A stretch of 59,657 nucleotides of DNA, filler included. It is 9 parts of 9 records of this genome, joined end to end, with 100 filler letters (N's around TTAATTAATTAA, not from the genome) between each part and the next. Parts side by side here need not be neighbours in the genome. Positions count along the whole stretch, not along the records: positions 5,701 to 14,380 come from SRR31156797_78384; positions 14,481 to 21,284 come from SRR31156797_78403; 7 more parts are not named here. One strand, 5' to 3'. The position numbers were made by a program, and so were the translations under genes. Below, piece after piece: positions 10,527 through 19,391 of this stretch; the first letter of the stretch is position 1, and each line of letters starts with the position of its first letter. A model generated the notes under the pieces. The model worked only from the letters and a program-made list of their open reading frames with translations. It had not been told where the DNA came from and did not search any database.

Positions 10527-11591
10527 ATGACCATGCCAATCTCCGGACCGAACATTATTCCGGAACACTGGCCGAACGCGGCCACGTCGAAAGCGCCGCC
10601 GCGCCTCAACGAGTTGGTCTATTCGGTTCTGCGCGCCCATATCTGCGAGGGGGCATTCGACGACGGACTGGTCCTGCGCGAAAAGGAAGTGGCCGAGGTG
10701 TTCGGTGTCGGACGGGCGCCGGCGCGCATGGCATTGAAAAAGTTGGAAGGCGAATCCCTGGTCCGCAAACGCCAGGGGCATGGTTTTGTCGTGGCGACGG
10801 GCTCACCGGAACCCGAACGCCTTCACCTGCCGCTGCTCGACGCCGGGCTGGTCCTGCCGAAGACGCTCGATGAAAACCTGGCCAAGCGCAACTGGCGCCA
10901 GCATATCTATCCGACGGTCGAGCGGGCCGTCGCTTCCTGCCTTGTTTTCGGAAGATTTCGGATCAACCAGTCGGCATTGGCCGAGCATTTCGGCGTCAGC
11001 CGCACCGTCGCCCACGAAGTCCTGACCGGTCTGGAGCGGGTCGGCTTCGTCCGCCATGGAAGAAACGCCCGCTGGTATGCCGGCCGTCTTACGGTTGAAG
11101 ACCTGAGCGAGAACTACGAACTGCGCTGGCTGCTCGAACCCATCGCGTTGTTGCAGGCGGCGCCCGGTCTTTCCCGGAACCGCCTGGCGGTCGCCCGCGA
11201 CCAGATTTTGAGCGCCCAGGACAAGGCTTTGCCCGATCCCGAGGAACTCAACGACATCGAGATGGCGCTGCACACCGACATCGTGCTCAACTGTACCAAC
11301 CGTCAGATGCGCACCGTGCTGCGTAATTGCCAGCTACCGATCATCGTCACATACGGGACCGTTGCAAGACGTGGCGACACGTCGCCTTACAAATCCGGTA
11401 TTCCCGAAACGCTGGCCGAGCATCTCAACATCATCGACCTGCTGTTGGAGGGCGAAGCCGAAGAAGCGTCGAAAGCCCTGGGGGCGCATATCCGACACGG
11501 CGCTACGATGAGCCTGCCGCATTTCGGAGGGTCCTTGACCCTGGCGCCCGAGAACATCCCGCCCTACCTGATCCGGGAGGACGAGGTTTAG
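10527..11591 (+). CDS. GntR-family regulator with two winged-HTH domains and a C-terminal FCD domain
   Basis: HTH1 LREKEVAEVFGVGRAPARMALKKLEGE; HTH2 INQSALAEHFGVSRTVAHEVLTGLERVG; FCD-like YELRWLLEP...LH...EH...HI; GAGGGAG RBS. Confidence 0.85.
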   Translation: MTMPISGPNIIPEHWPNAATSKAPPRLNELVYSVLRAHICEGAFDDGLVLREKEVAEVFGVGRAPARMALKKLEGESLVRKRQGHGFVVATGSPEPERLHLPLLDAGLVLPKTLDENLAKRNWRQHIYPTVERAVASCLVFGRFRINQSALAEHFGVSRTVAHEVLTGLERVGFVRHGRNARWYAGRLTVEDLSENYELRWLLEPIALLQAAPGLSRNRLAVARDQILSAQDKALPDPEELNDIEMALHTDIVLNCTNRQMRTVLRNCQLPIIVTYGTVARRGDTSPYKSGIPETLAEHLNIIDLLLEGEAEEASKALGAHIRHGATMSLPHFGGSLTLAPENIPPYLIREDEV

Positions 11592-11646
11592 GTCTAGGTC
11601 TAAAGTCTTGATTGTTGCCGGACCATCCGGCGCCTCGACCCGGAAG

Positions 11647-12282
11647 CTATTTCGATTCCTTGAGGGACGCGGTCTTTTTGCGCAGCACGTCCAAAAGGCC
11701 CGTCAACTTACCGCCGTCGCGGCGCACGATCGAGCCGAATTCGGAACGCAGCGTCGTGCTCATGCTGACGCCTTCGACGACAAGATCGACGATCTTGAAA
11801 TCCCCATCGGCGCCGTCGATCCGCCAGTTGACGCGCACCGGCGTCTTGCCGCCGCCGGGCAGAAGAATTTCCGAATAGACGACCGCCGAACCGTCGGCTT
11901 CGATGGTGGTCTTCGGTATCTGCAGCTTTTCACCGGCGTATTCGGCGAAGCGGTCGACGTAGGAGGCGACGATATAGTCCTCGAACAGAACAAGGTATTC
12001 ATCCCGCTCGGCCGGTTCGGCTCGTCGCCAATAGCGGCCGAGAACCCATTTGCCGATTGCTTCGACCGCGAAATGATCGTTGAAGAGAATGCGAAACCGG
12101 CGCACCCGCTCGGGCTTGGATATATTTGGAACGGTTAGGGCCTGAATGGCCTGGTCGGCCAGGGATTCAACAAAACCCTGGGCCTCGTCGGCGGTTCCCG
12201 CATTGGACTCGGCGGGAATACCGACAATCAGAAAAAGGGCCGCGGTCGCGGCTCGCAGGGAATTCGCTGTGCGGACCATCAT
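11647..12282 (-). CDS. mlaC: Phospholipid-binding protein MlaC/Ttg2D
   Basis: Signal peptide, VLGRYWR, FKIVDLVVEGVSM...RSEF; ATGA-coupled to mlaA. Confidence 0.88.
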   Translation of the reverse strand: MMVRTANSLRAATAALFLIVGIPAESNAGTADEAQGFVESLADQAIQALTVPNISKPERVRRFRILFNDHFAVEAIGKWVLGRYWRRAEPAERDEYLVLFEDYIVASYVDRFAEYAGEKLQIPKTTIEADGSAVVYSEILLPGGGKTPVRVNWRIDGADGDFKIVDLVVEGVSMSTTLRSEFGSIVRRDGGKLTGLLDVLRKKTASLKESK

Positions 12283-13121
12283 TTCGATTGCGAGATTTCT
12301 TCCTGTTTGATTAGGCGCGGTCCCGAAGGCGTGCGGCTCAGGCCGGGCGTCGGAACGATTGACGTTCCGGTACCGTTGCTGATCTCATCGATCCGGCGCT
12401 GCCTATACAGGCTGCGGATGGCGGCGTAGAAGTCGAGCGAGGAGCGCTTCATTTCCTCGAGCGCATCGTAATTGCGGGCCCGTTCGTCGACGGCCCGGGC
12501 GCCGCCCCGGGCATAGGTGGCGAACTCGCGGTGCGAGTTCGACGCCCACATATTGAACGGATCGACGAAGAAATCGACGACCAGCCCGATCGCGTCGCGC
12601 GGGTTCGAAGGCCCAAATACCGGCAGCATCACATAGGGGCCTTCGTCGGTGCCCCATGTCGCCAGGGTCTGGCCGAAGTCCTCGTTGTGGTATTCGTATC
12701 CCATGTCGGTGGCCGGGTCGCGAAGGCCCAATATGCCGATGGTCGAATTGATGACGAAACGCATGAAGGTGACGCCGGCGCGCCCTAAATCGCCCTGCAG
12801 AACGTCATTGAGGAAAACCACCGGTGAGCGCAGGTTGTCGAGCGCATTGTGGACACCGGTGCGAACCGGCGGCGGCACCAGATGCCGGTACATGCCGGCG
12901 GCCGGTTTCAGCACCACCGTATCGACCGCCTGGTTGAAGGCGAAGACGGCGCGGTTTGCGGGTTCGGCCGGATCGTTGATTTCCTCGAACTCCCGGACGG
13001 CTTCCGGGTCGGTCGGATCCGGCGCCGTGGCGCAGGCCGACAAAAAGAAAAACGATACGAACAGCACGCCTAAGGCGGGCCATGCGGCGATTCCGCGGCG
13101 AATCGAAACGAGAAAGCTCAC
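12279..13121 (-). CDS. mlaA: MlaA/VacJ family lipoprotein
   Basis: Lipobox LSAC, DPAEPANRAVFAFN, EDFGQTL, GPYVMLPVFGPSNPRD. Confidence 0.92.
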   Translation of the reverse strand: MSFLVSIRRGIAAWPALGVLFVSFFFLSACATAPDPTDPEAVREFEEINDPAEPANRAVFAFNQAVDTVVLKPAAGMYRHLVPPPVRTGVHNALDNLRSPVVFLNDVLQGDLGRAGVTFMRFVINSTIGILGLRDPATDMGYEYHNEDFGQTLATWGTDEGPYVMLPVFGPSNPRDAIGLVVDFFVDPFNMWASNSHREFATYARGGARAVDERARNYDALEEMKRSSLDFYAAIRSLYRQRRIDEISNGTGTSIVPTPGLSRTPSGPRLIKQEEISQSK

Positions 13122-13467
13122 GCGGCTTCCTTCCCTCGTTTTGGCGGGTTACCGGGAATCGACCGGACTTCCCGCGACTTCCAGGCCCCCCGGCCCAGCG
13201 TTGGCCAATCACTAAGACTTGGGGAATACCGAAGTCCTATATACCACATTTGGCAATACCGGCCCAGTCAACGCAACCGGGCGATTCACCGGTTCTGCCA
13301 TTACCCTCTCCGTGTTTGCGTACACTACAGGTATCACAGAGGCCGGGAATTGGCCACTGGCCAGCAAAGCCGGTTGTGTGAGAAATGTAACTTATGTTGC
13401 ATAAATGCAACGGATTTTGATCGGTCTTCGCATCGGTTCGAATTTTCTGGACGCGGCCTATTCAAAA

Positions 13468-13489
13468 CATATAAAGAAATCTTTATATG
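13468..13489. promoter_or_regulatory. Palindromic operator, probable SahR box
   Basis: Perfect inverted repeat CATATAAAG-aaat-CTTTATATG about 28 nt upstream of the ArsR-methyltransferase gene. Confidence 0.8.
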
Positions 13490-13516
13490 ATTTCGTTCTG
13501 AGAGCCGAACCACCGA

Positions 13517-14380
13517 TTGGATGACCGTTCCGTGGCCCTGGACGCACAAAGAATCGATGCCGACGTCTTGCTCGCCGCCCTGAAAGCGGCTGCCGAGGCG
13601 ACGCGCCTGCGCATCCTGGCGCTTTGCGCGCACGGCGATCTTACGGTCAGCGAACTGGTCGAGATCCTCGGCCAGAGCCAACCGCGCGTATCGCGTCATC
13701 TTCGCCTGCTGGTCGATGCCGGCCTGATGGAACGGTTCCGCGAGGGAAGCTGGGTTTTCTATCGCCTGGCACACCAAGGGCCGGTGGCCGGTCTGGCCCG
13801 GCGACTGGTCGATACGCTCGACACCAAGGGCGTGCTTCTGGCCTTGGAATTCGAACGCCTGCAACAGGTCAAGAAGGCCCGGGACGAAACGGCGCAGGCC
13901 TATTTCCGCGCCCACGCCGCCGAATGGGATCGATTGCGCCGCCTGCATGTCGACGATACCGAGGTCGAACGCCTGATGGGCGAGATGCTGCCCGTCGGCG
14001 GGCTCGGTCATCTGCTCGATGTCGGCACCGGTACCGGATGGGTGTTGCAGGTCCTGGCGGCGCGCATCCTACGCGGCGAAGGCGTCGATCTGTCGCGCGA
14101 CATGCTGGCGGTGGCACGGGCCAACCTGGAACGGGCCGAACTTTCCCATTGCGCCGTTCGCCAGGCCGACATGTACGATCTGCCCTTCGGTGCCGACAGC
14201 TTCGATTGCGTGACCATCCACCAGGTTCTGCATTTCGCCGACGATCCGGCCCGCGCCATAACTGAATCGGCCCGGGTTCTGCGTCCGGGTGGGCGTATGC
14301 TGATCGTCGATTTCGCGCCCCACGATCTGGAAAACCTGCGTGACGACCACAAACACCGCCGCCTCGGTTTTGCCGATTCG
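13517..14380 (+). CDS. sahR: ArsR-HTH fused to class I SAM-methyltransferase domain (SahR-like methionine/SAM-cycle regulator), 3'-truncated
   Basis: TRLRILAL...VSELVEILGQSQPRVSRHLRLL; LLDVGTGTG; HQVLHF; LRPGG; HRRLGF; upstream palindrome. Confidence 0.8.
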
Positions 14381-14480
14381 NNNNNNNNNNNNNNNNNNNN
14401 NNNNNNNNNNNNNNNNNNNNNNNNTTAATTAATTAANNNNNNNNNNNNNNNNNNNNNNNNNNNNNNNNNNNNNNNNNNNN
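14381..14480. other. Artificial contig linker
   Basis: N44-TTAATTAATTAA-N44. Confidence 0.98.
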
Positions 14481-14552
14481 GAGCGGGTGAGGGGAATCGA
14501 ACCCCCGTATGCAGCTTGGGAAGCTGCTGTTCTACCATTGAACTACACCCGC
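14481..14552 (-). tRNA. tRNA-Gly (anticodon CCC); terminal CA cut off at the contig edge
   Basis: Reverse complement GCGGGTGTAGTTCAATGGTAGAACAGCAGCTTCCCAAGCTGCATACGGGGGTTCGATTCCCCTCACCCGCTC: acceptor stem GCGGGTG/CACCCGC, D-loop, anticodon arm CAGCT-TCCCA-AGCTG, GTTCGA T-loop. Confidence 0.96.
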
Positions 14553-14744
14553 ATCGGCGGTTCGCGATAGAGCCTGAAAAAAGGTATAAGAGATCGCACG
14601 GAGAGGTGCAAGCCCGGGCACGGAAGCGGCCCGGCCATGACCGGGCTGCACGGATTACACGAAAAGTTTATTTGCCCGCCAATGGCGCGATTCGTAGATA
14701 AGGGGTGAGACGCCCATTTTCGGAAAAAGGAAAGCGCCGGAAAC

Positions 14745-15704
14745 ATGTCAGAAGCAAGTTTGGCCGAACGGCCGCAAATCGATCCACGCAAATTCCGCGA
14801 CCCCGACGTCACCGCCAACGGCGAGGAGCGTGCGGTGGTGGCGCTGACCCGCCTGCGGACGCTGTGGTTCAATACCGGCAGTCTGTGCAATATCACCTGC
14901 GTCAACTGCTACATGGATTCCAGCCCGAAGAACGACCGGCTGGCCTATATCACGCTCGACGACGTCAAACCCTATCTCGACGAGATCGCCGCCGATCGCC
15001 TGCCGGTCGAGGAAATCGCCTTTACCGGCGGCGAGCCGTTCATGAACCCGGACCTGCCCGACATCCTCGAGGAATGCATGGCGCGGGGTTTTCGCACCCT
15101 GGTGCTGACCAACGCCATGAAGCCGCTGTATCACAAGCGGGGCCGCCTGGCGGAATTGCGGGAGCGCTTCGGCGACGCCCTGGTGCTGCGTGTTTCGATG
15201 GATCATTACAGCATCGAAAAGCACGAAGCGGTGCGCGGGGTGAATTCCTGGGCGCCGATGCTGGAAGGCCTGAAATGGCTTGCCGATGAAGGGTTCTCGT
15301 TGGCGGTGGCGGGGCGCACCTGTTGGGACGAAAACGACGCCGAAGCCCGGGCCGGTTATGCCAAGACATTTGCCGAACATCACATCCCGGTCGATGCCGA
15401 CGACCCGGCGACGCTGGTTCTGTTCCCGGAAATGGACGCCGGCCTTGACGTGCCTGAAATCACGGTCAAGTGTTGGGATATCCTGGGGGTGGCGCCGGAA
15501 ACCATGATGTGCGCAACGTCGCGCATGGTGATCAAGCGCAAGGGCGCCGACAAGCCGGCCGTCGTTCCCTGTACGCTATTGCCCTATGACGCCGAATTCG
15601 AACTGGGCGAGGATCTGGCCGCGTCCGGACAGTCGGTCCGGCTGAACCATCCGCACTGCGCGCGATTCTGCGTGCTGGGCGGGGCATCCTGCAGCCCGGA
15701 CTAG
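14745..15704 (+). CDS. Radical SAM protein of unknown function with Cys-rich C-terminus
   Basis: CNITCVNC (CxxxCxxC), FTGGEPF, LTNA; C-terminal HPHCARFCVLGGASCS. Confidence 0.88.
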   Translation: MSEASLAERPQIDPRKFRDPDVTANGEERAVVALTRLRTLWFNTGSLCNITCVNCYMDSSPKNDRLAYITLDDVKPYLDEIAADRLPVEEIAFTGGEPFMNPDLPDILEECMARGFRTLVLTNAMKPLYHKRGRLAELRERFGDALVLRVSMDHYSIEKHEAVRGVNSWAPMLEGLKWLADEGFSLAVAGRTCWDENDAEARAGYAKTFAEHHIPVDADDPATLVLFPEMDAGLDVPEITVKCWDILGVAPETMMCATSRMVIKRKGADKPAVVPCTLLPYDAEFELGEDLAASGQSVRLNHPHCARFCVLGGASCSPD

Positions 15705-15840
15705 GTCCGGGCCTGCCCACAAAACACCTTGGAATCGCCTTTTTCCCGCCACAAGACGGCACCTTACCGCCATAGTCGGTGGCTAGCTTCGGCACCCATC
15801 GGCGGTCGTTATGCCGCCAGCGGGAAAAGGGGTGCCAGTC

Positions 15841-16767
15841 ATGCACAAGTTGATTTTGGGTACGTTCTTGGTTGCCGAGGCGATCGTCGTTGCCGTCTTC
15901 CTCAGCGGTTGCGGCGCCACCTTCGACTATAAGGGGCTGAAGGCCGAAAACTTCGACGGCGACGGCTTCAACCGGGTTCTTGCCAGGGAATACAGGGCGT
16001 TCTCGGTTTTCGAATCCGATGAAATGGCCGACTGGCCGGATGCCGCCCATTTCGGCGAAAAGGCCCTGGCCGCGGCGTCCGGTAGCAAAACGCCGCCGGA
16101 GAGCCTGCTCGACTGGCGCCTGCCGAAGGACAAGGTCGGCGAAATCACCGCCGCCCGGGTTCGCCTGGTCGAGGCCCTCGACAAGGGCGCCGGCGACCGA
16201 TGGCCGGAAAACGCGGCGCGGGCGCAAGCCCGGCTCGACTGCTGGATCGAACAGCAGGAGGAAAACTGGCAGACCGACCATATCGCCCAGTGCCGCGATG
16301 GGTTTATGGCCGCCATTGTCGAAATCGATAAGGCGTTTGCAGTTTCCGAAGCGGCGGCCGATACGGCGGCCATTCCCGCCGTTGCCGACGCCGGCCATTC
16401 ATTGAACCCGGGAATCCTTGAACCGAAGAGCTATCTGATCCTGTTCGATTTCGACAGCGATGAGTTGCCGCCCCATAGCGACGAGGCGTTGGCGGCCATC
16501 ATCGATCGGGCCGGTGCCGGCGAAACGGTACGCATCATCGTCAGCGGCCATGCCGACCGGTCCGGACCCGAACCTTACAATCAGGGGCTTTCCTGGCGCC
16601 GCGCCCAGGCGGTCGGCCAGGCGCTTATGGTGCGCGGCGTCACCGCCGGGCGCATCACGCTCAACGCTCACGGCGAAAAAAGGCCGTTGGTGGCGACACC
16701 GGACGGATTGCGCGAGGCGCGCAACCGGCGGGTCGAGGTTACGGTCGGCCCGGCCTCGGAGCTTTAG
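15841..16767 (+). CDS. OmpA-family lipoprotein (C-terminal peptidoglycan-binding domain)
   Basis: Lipobox LSGC; DCWIEQQEEN...CR; FDFDS, GHADRSG, YNQGLSWRRA, NRRVEV. Confidence 0.88.
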   Translation: MHKLILGTFLVAEAIVVAVFLSGCGATFDYKGLKAENFDGDGFNRVLAREYRAFSVFESDEMADWPDAAHFGEKALAAASGSKTPPESLLDWRLPKDKVGEITAARVRLVEALDKGAGDRWPENAARAQARLDCWIEQQEENWQTDHIAQCRDGFMAAIVEIDKAFAVSEAAADTAAIPAVADAGHSLNPGILEPKSYLILFDFDSDELPPHSDEALAAIIDRAGAGETVRIIVSGHADRSGPEPYNQGLSWRRAQAVGQALMVRGVTAGRITLNAHGEKRPLVATPDGLREARNRRVEVTVGPASEL

Positions 16768-16807
16768 ACGAATTCCTTCCCTTGCCGCAGTCGTTCCTCC
16801 CCTGCGA

Positions 16808-16853
16808 CCTGGGCGAAGGCCGGATAAGTCGATCCGCCTTCGCCCATTTTTTT
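16808..16853 (+). terminator. Intrinsic terminator after the OmpA-like gene; copy 1 of a direct repeat
   Basis: TGGGCGAAGGC/GCCTTCGCCCA stem with inner GGAT/ATCC, followed by a T tract. Confidence 0.8.
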
Positions 16854-16873
16854 GTGCCGCCAATGATCGGGAC

Positions 16874-17770
16874 CTAAGCTGACTCCGGAACGATCAGGCG
16901 GATATATTTTTCGAAATCGGACGCCATCAGCACGTTCAAGGGTATGCGCAGCAGGTCGTTTCGAGCCTCGGGCGCTCCCGCCACCGCATGAATAAACCAG
17001 TTGTTGTTGACGATGGTAAGCGCGCAGACGCTCCGCATCATCAGGTTCGTCGTCGTTGGTGTGCCAAAGCGGGATAGAGTGAGAAACGGGTAACTCTCCA
17101 GCATCTCGTACAAATAATCGGCGTTGAAACGCGGATCGATCCCGTGCACCAGATCGTGTTTCAACAGGTGATAGGAAAGGGGGAAATTGTCGTAAAGCGA
17201 AAACGGTGTTTCCTCGTAGGACTCGTAAACGTGGCGCAGGATCTTGGCATCTCTCGCGGGTTTTAGAACCAGGACACCGGTGTTGATCCAGTCGTCGACA
17301 TCGTCGTTGAGCCCGGCGCGCGCGTACAATTCACCGGCATCGGGATATCGCCCGAGTCCGTAACGTTCCGTTTTTTGCAGCACGGATACCCGATGCATAC
17401 GGTCTTCCCGTGCGGCGCGGGCACGCGGGTTATGTCTATTTTGGCTGCTGTACAGGACCGCACCGATCCCTCGTCCGGCGGTTTCGGTGACAACGCACGG
17501 TGCCGTGCGGTGATTGACGAGAATGTCGCAATCAATCCAGACAACGTCCTCGTACTTGGCTACGTCCGGGTGTTCGAGCACGAGACATTTTTGCCAATGC
17601 AGGCTTTTCCCTCTGGAATCGAAGTTCGGGTCGATCGGCTTGTCTAGGGTGACGATGTCGTAGCCGTATTGCTCGGCATAGGCCGTCCATGTCGGAAGGA
17701 AATGCCGCCAAAGGGCCTGATGTTCGCGTCCGCGAACGAATGTCACGAGTGCTTTTTCTTTTGCGGGCAT
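16874..17770 (-). CDS. Putative GT-A glycosyltransferase (GT34/GT8-like)
   Basis: YAEQYGYD, HWQK, VVWIDCDILVN (DxD), INTGVLVL; ATG at 17770 preferred. Confidence 0.7.
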   Translation of the reverse strand: MPAKEKALVTFVRGREHQALWRHFLPTWTAYAEQYGYDIVTLDKPIDPNFDSRGKSLHWQKCLVLEHPDVAKYEDVVWIDCDILVNHRTAPCVVTETAGRGIGAVLYSSQNRHNPRARAAREDRMHRVSVLQKTERYGLGRYPDAGELYARAGLNDDVDDWINTGVLVLKPARDAKILRHVYESYEETPFSLYDNFPLSYHLLKHDLVHGIDPRFNADYLYEMLESYPFLTLSRFGTPTTTNLMMRSVCALTIVNNNWFIHAVAGAPEARNDLLRIPLNVLMASDFEKYIRLIVPESA

Positions 17771-17920
17771 GCTACACGATCTCAAGCAGTGGCATCGTGA
17801 AGACCTTGGCCTTGGCCAATCGGTTCGGAGCGAAGCCGGATCCTCGATAAAAAAACAATATTCCATTTTTTGAGAATGAGAACAGATTAAACTGGTTTAA
17901 TCGGCCCCACCGGCCGGCGC

Positions 17921-17965
17921 CCTGGGCGAAGGCCGGATTCGAAAATCTGTCCTCGCCCATCTTTT
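17921..17965 (+). repeat. Degenerate copy 2 of the 16808-16853 hairpin element
   Basis: CCTGGGCGAAGGCCGGAT identical at 16808-16825 and 17921-17938; downstream ATCTGTCCTCGCCCATCTTT versus ATCCGCCTTCGCCCATTTTT. Confidence 0.8.
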
Positions 17966-18073
17966 CGAGTAACGGGAGTTTTATGCAGAAGAGTTCGATA
18001 TGCCCTGGAAACAGTCGCGTTCTCTCCCAAATATAGTGCAATCCAGGTGGGTTTCTTGAGCGGGTTTTCCGGC

Positions 18074-18466
18074 ATGTACGAACAGGTTACACGGGGCATC
18101 AAGGTGCGGGTCGAACCGAGGTTTCTGGATGAACATTCCGAACCCGACGAAGGGCGCTTCGTCTGGGCCTATCACATCGAGATAGAAAACCACGGAACCG
18201 AGACCGTTCAGTTGCTGACGCGGTATTGGCGCATCACCGACGCCCGCGGCGGCATTCACGAGGTCCGCGGCGATGGCGTTGTCGGCGAACAACCGGTGCT
18301 CGATCCCGGCCAGAGTTTCGAATACACGTCGGGGACGCCGTTGGCGACGCCGTCCGGTTTCATGGTCGGTACCTATGGCATGGAGACGACATTCGGCGAG
18401 ACCTTCGATATCGGCATCCCGGCCTTTTCGCTGGACAGCCCCTATCATCAGGCGCCGGTCCATTGA
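18074..18466 (+). CDS. apaG: ApaG protein
   Basis: [45 protein letters not shown]. Confidence 0.95.
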   Translation: MYEQVTRGIKVRVEPRFLDEHSEPDEGRFVWAYHIEIENHGTETVQLLTRYWRITDARGGIHEVRGDGVVGEQPVLDPGQSFEYTSGTPLATPSGFMVGTYGMETTFGETFDIGIPAFSLDSPYHQAPVH

Positions 18467-18603
18467 CCGCATATTAGGGGCGGTGTGGCCGGCCGGAAAA
18501 CCCGGGGCTTGATTGCCGCTGCCGTCCAACTAGATTCGGTAATGAAGATGGCGGCCCGTCACTGGGTCGCCGAACAGGCGAGGGCAACGGTCCTCGCAGC
18601 CGG

Positions 18604-19263
18604 GTGGGAATTGCTTTGAGCACATCGAAACCGCTGAGTTTGATCGATAGCCAAAAAGGCCCGTCGGAAGACAAGCCGACGCGCGAGAAGGCCGAAGAGG
18701 CGATCCGAACGCTGATTCGCTGGGCCGGCGACGACCCAAACCGGGAAGGGCTTTTGGATACGCCGCGGCGTGTCGTCAGCGCCTATGAAGAATGGTTCGG
18801 CGGTTACGGCGTCGATCCGACCGAGTACCTGGAGCGCACCTTCGAGGAAACCGACGGCTACGACGAAATGGTCCTGCTTAAGGACATTCGTTTCGAATCC
18901 CATTGCGAACACCATTTGGCGCCGATCATCGGCAAAGCCCATGTCGCCTATCTGCCGGACCGACGTGTCGTCGGCATCAGCAAGCTGGCGCGCCTTGTCG
19001 AGGCCTATGCCAAGCGCTTGCAAATCCAGGAAAAGATGACGGCGCAGGTTGCCAATACGATCGATGAAATCCTCCAGCCGAAAGGCGTTGCCGTCGTCAT
19101 CGAAGCGGCGCATCAATGCATGACGACCCGCGGTGTTCACAAATCGGGTGTCGTTATGGTGACGAGCCGCATGCTCGGCGAATTCCGCGACAATCCGGCG
19201 ACGCGGCGCGAGTTCCTGGCCATGGTCGGCACACCGTCGTCCGGCGAGGTCGGATTCGGCTAA
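18604..19263 (+). CDS. folE: GTP cyclohydrolase I
   Basis: [45 protein letters not shown]; start uncertain. Confidence 0.95.
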   Translation: MGIALSTSKPLSLIDSQKGPSEDKPTREKAEEAIRTLIRWAGDDPNREGLLDTPRRVVSAYEEWFGGYGVDPTEYLERTFEETDGYDEMVLLKDIRFESHCEHHLAPIIGKAHVAYLPDRRVVGISKLARLVEAYAKRLQIQEKMTAQVANTIDEILQPKGVAVVIEAAHQCMTTRGVHKSGVVMVTSRMLGEFRDNPATRREFLAMVGTPSSGEVGFG

Positions 19264-19391
19264 AGCGGCGGAGTTTGCGGAAAGTTCGAGGGATGAGCCC
19301 TTGACCTGACGGGCGGGACGCGGTTACGTGTCCGGCGCTCAACACCATCGTGCTTGAGTTTCTTTTGGGGGGAAACCAGGGCCTTGGCCGC

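Noticed and set aside
9099-10781. 560-aa minus-strand ORF
   Set aside because: Antisense shadow of dctM/GntR, expected in high-GC coding DNA; no motifs.
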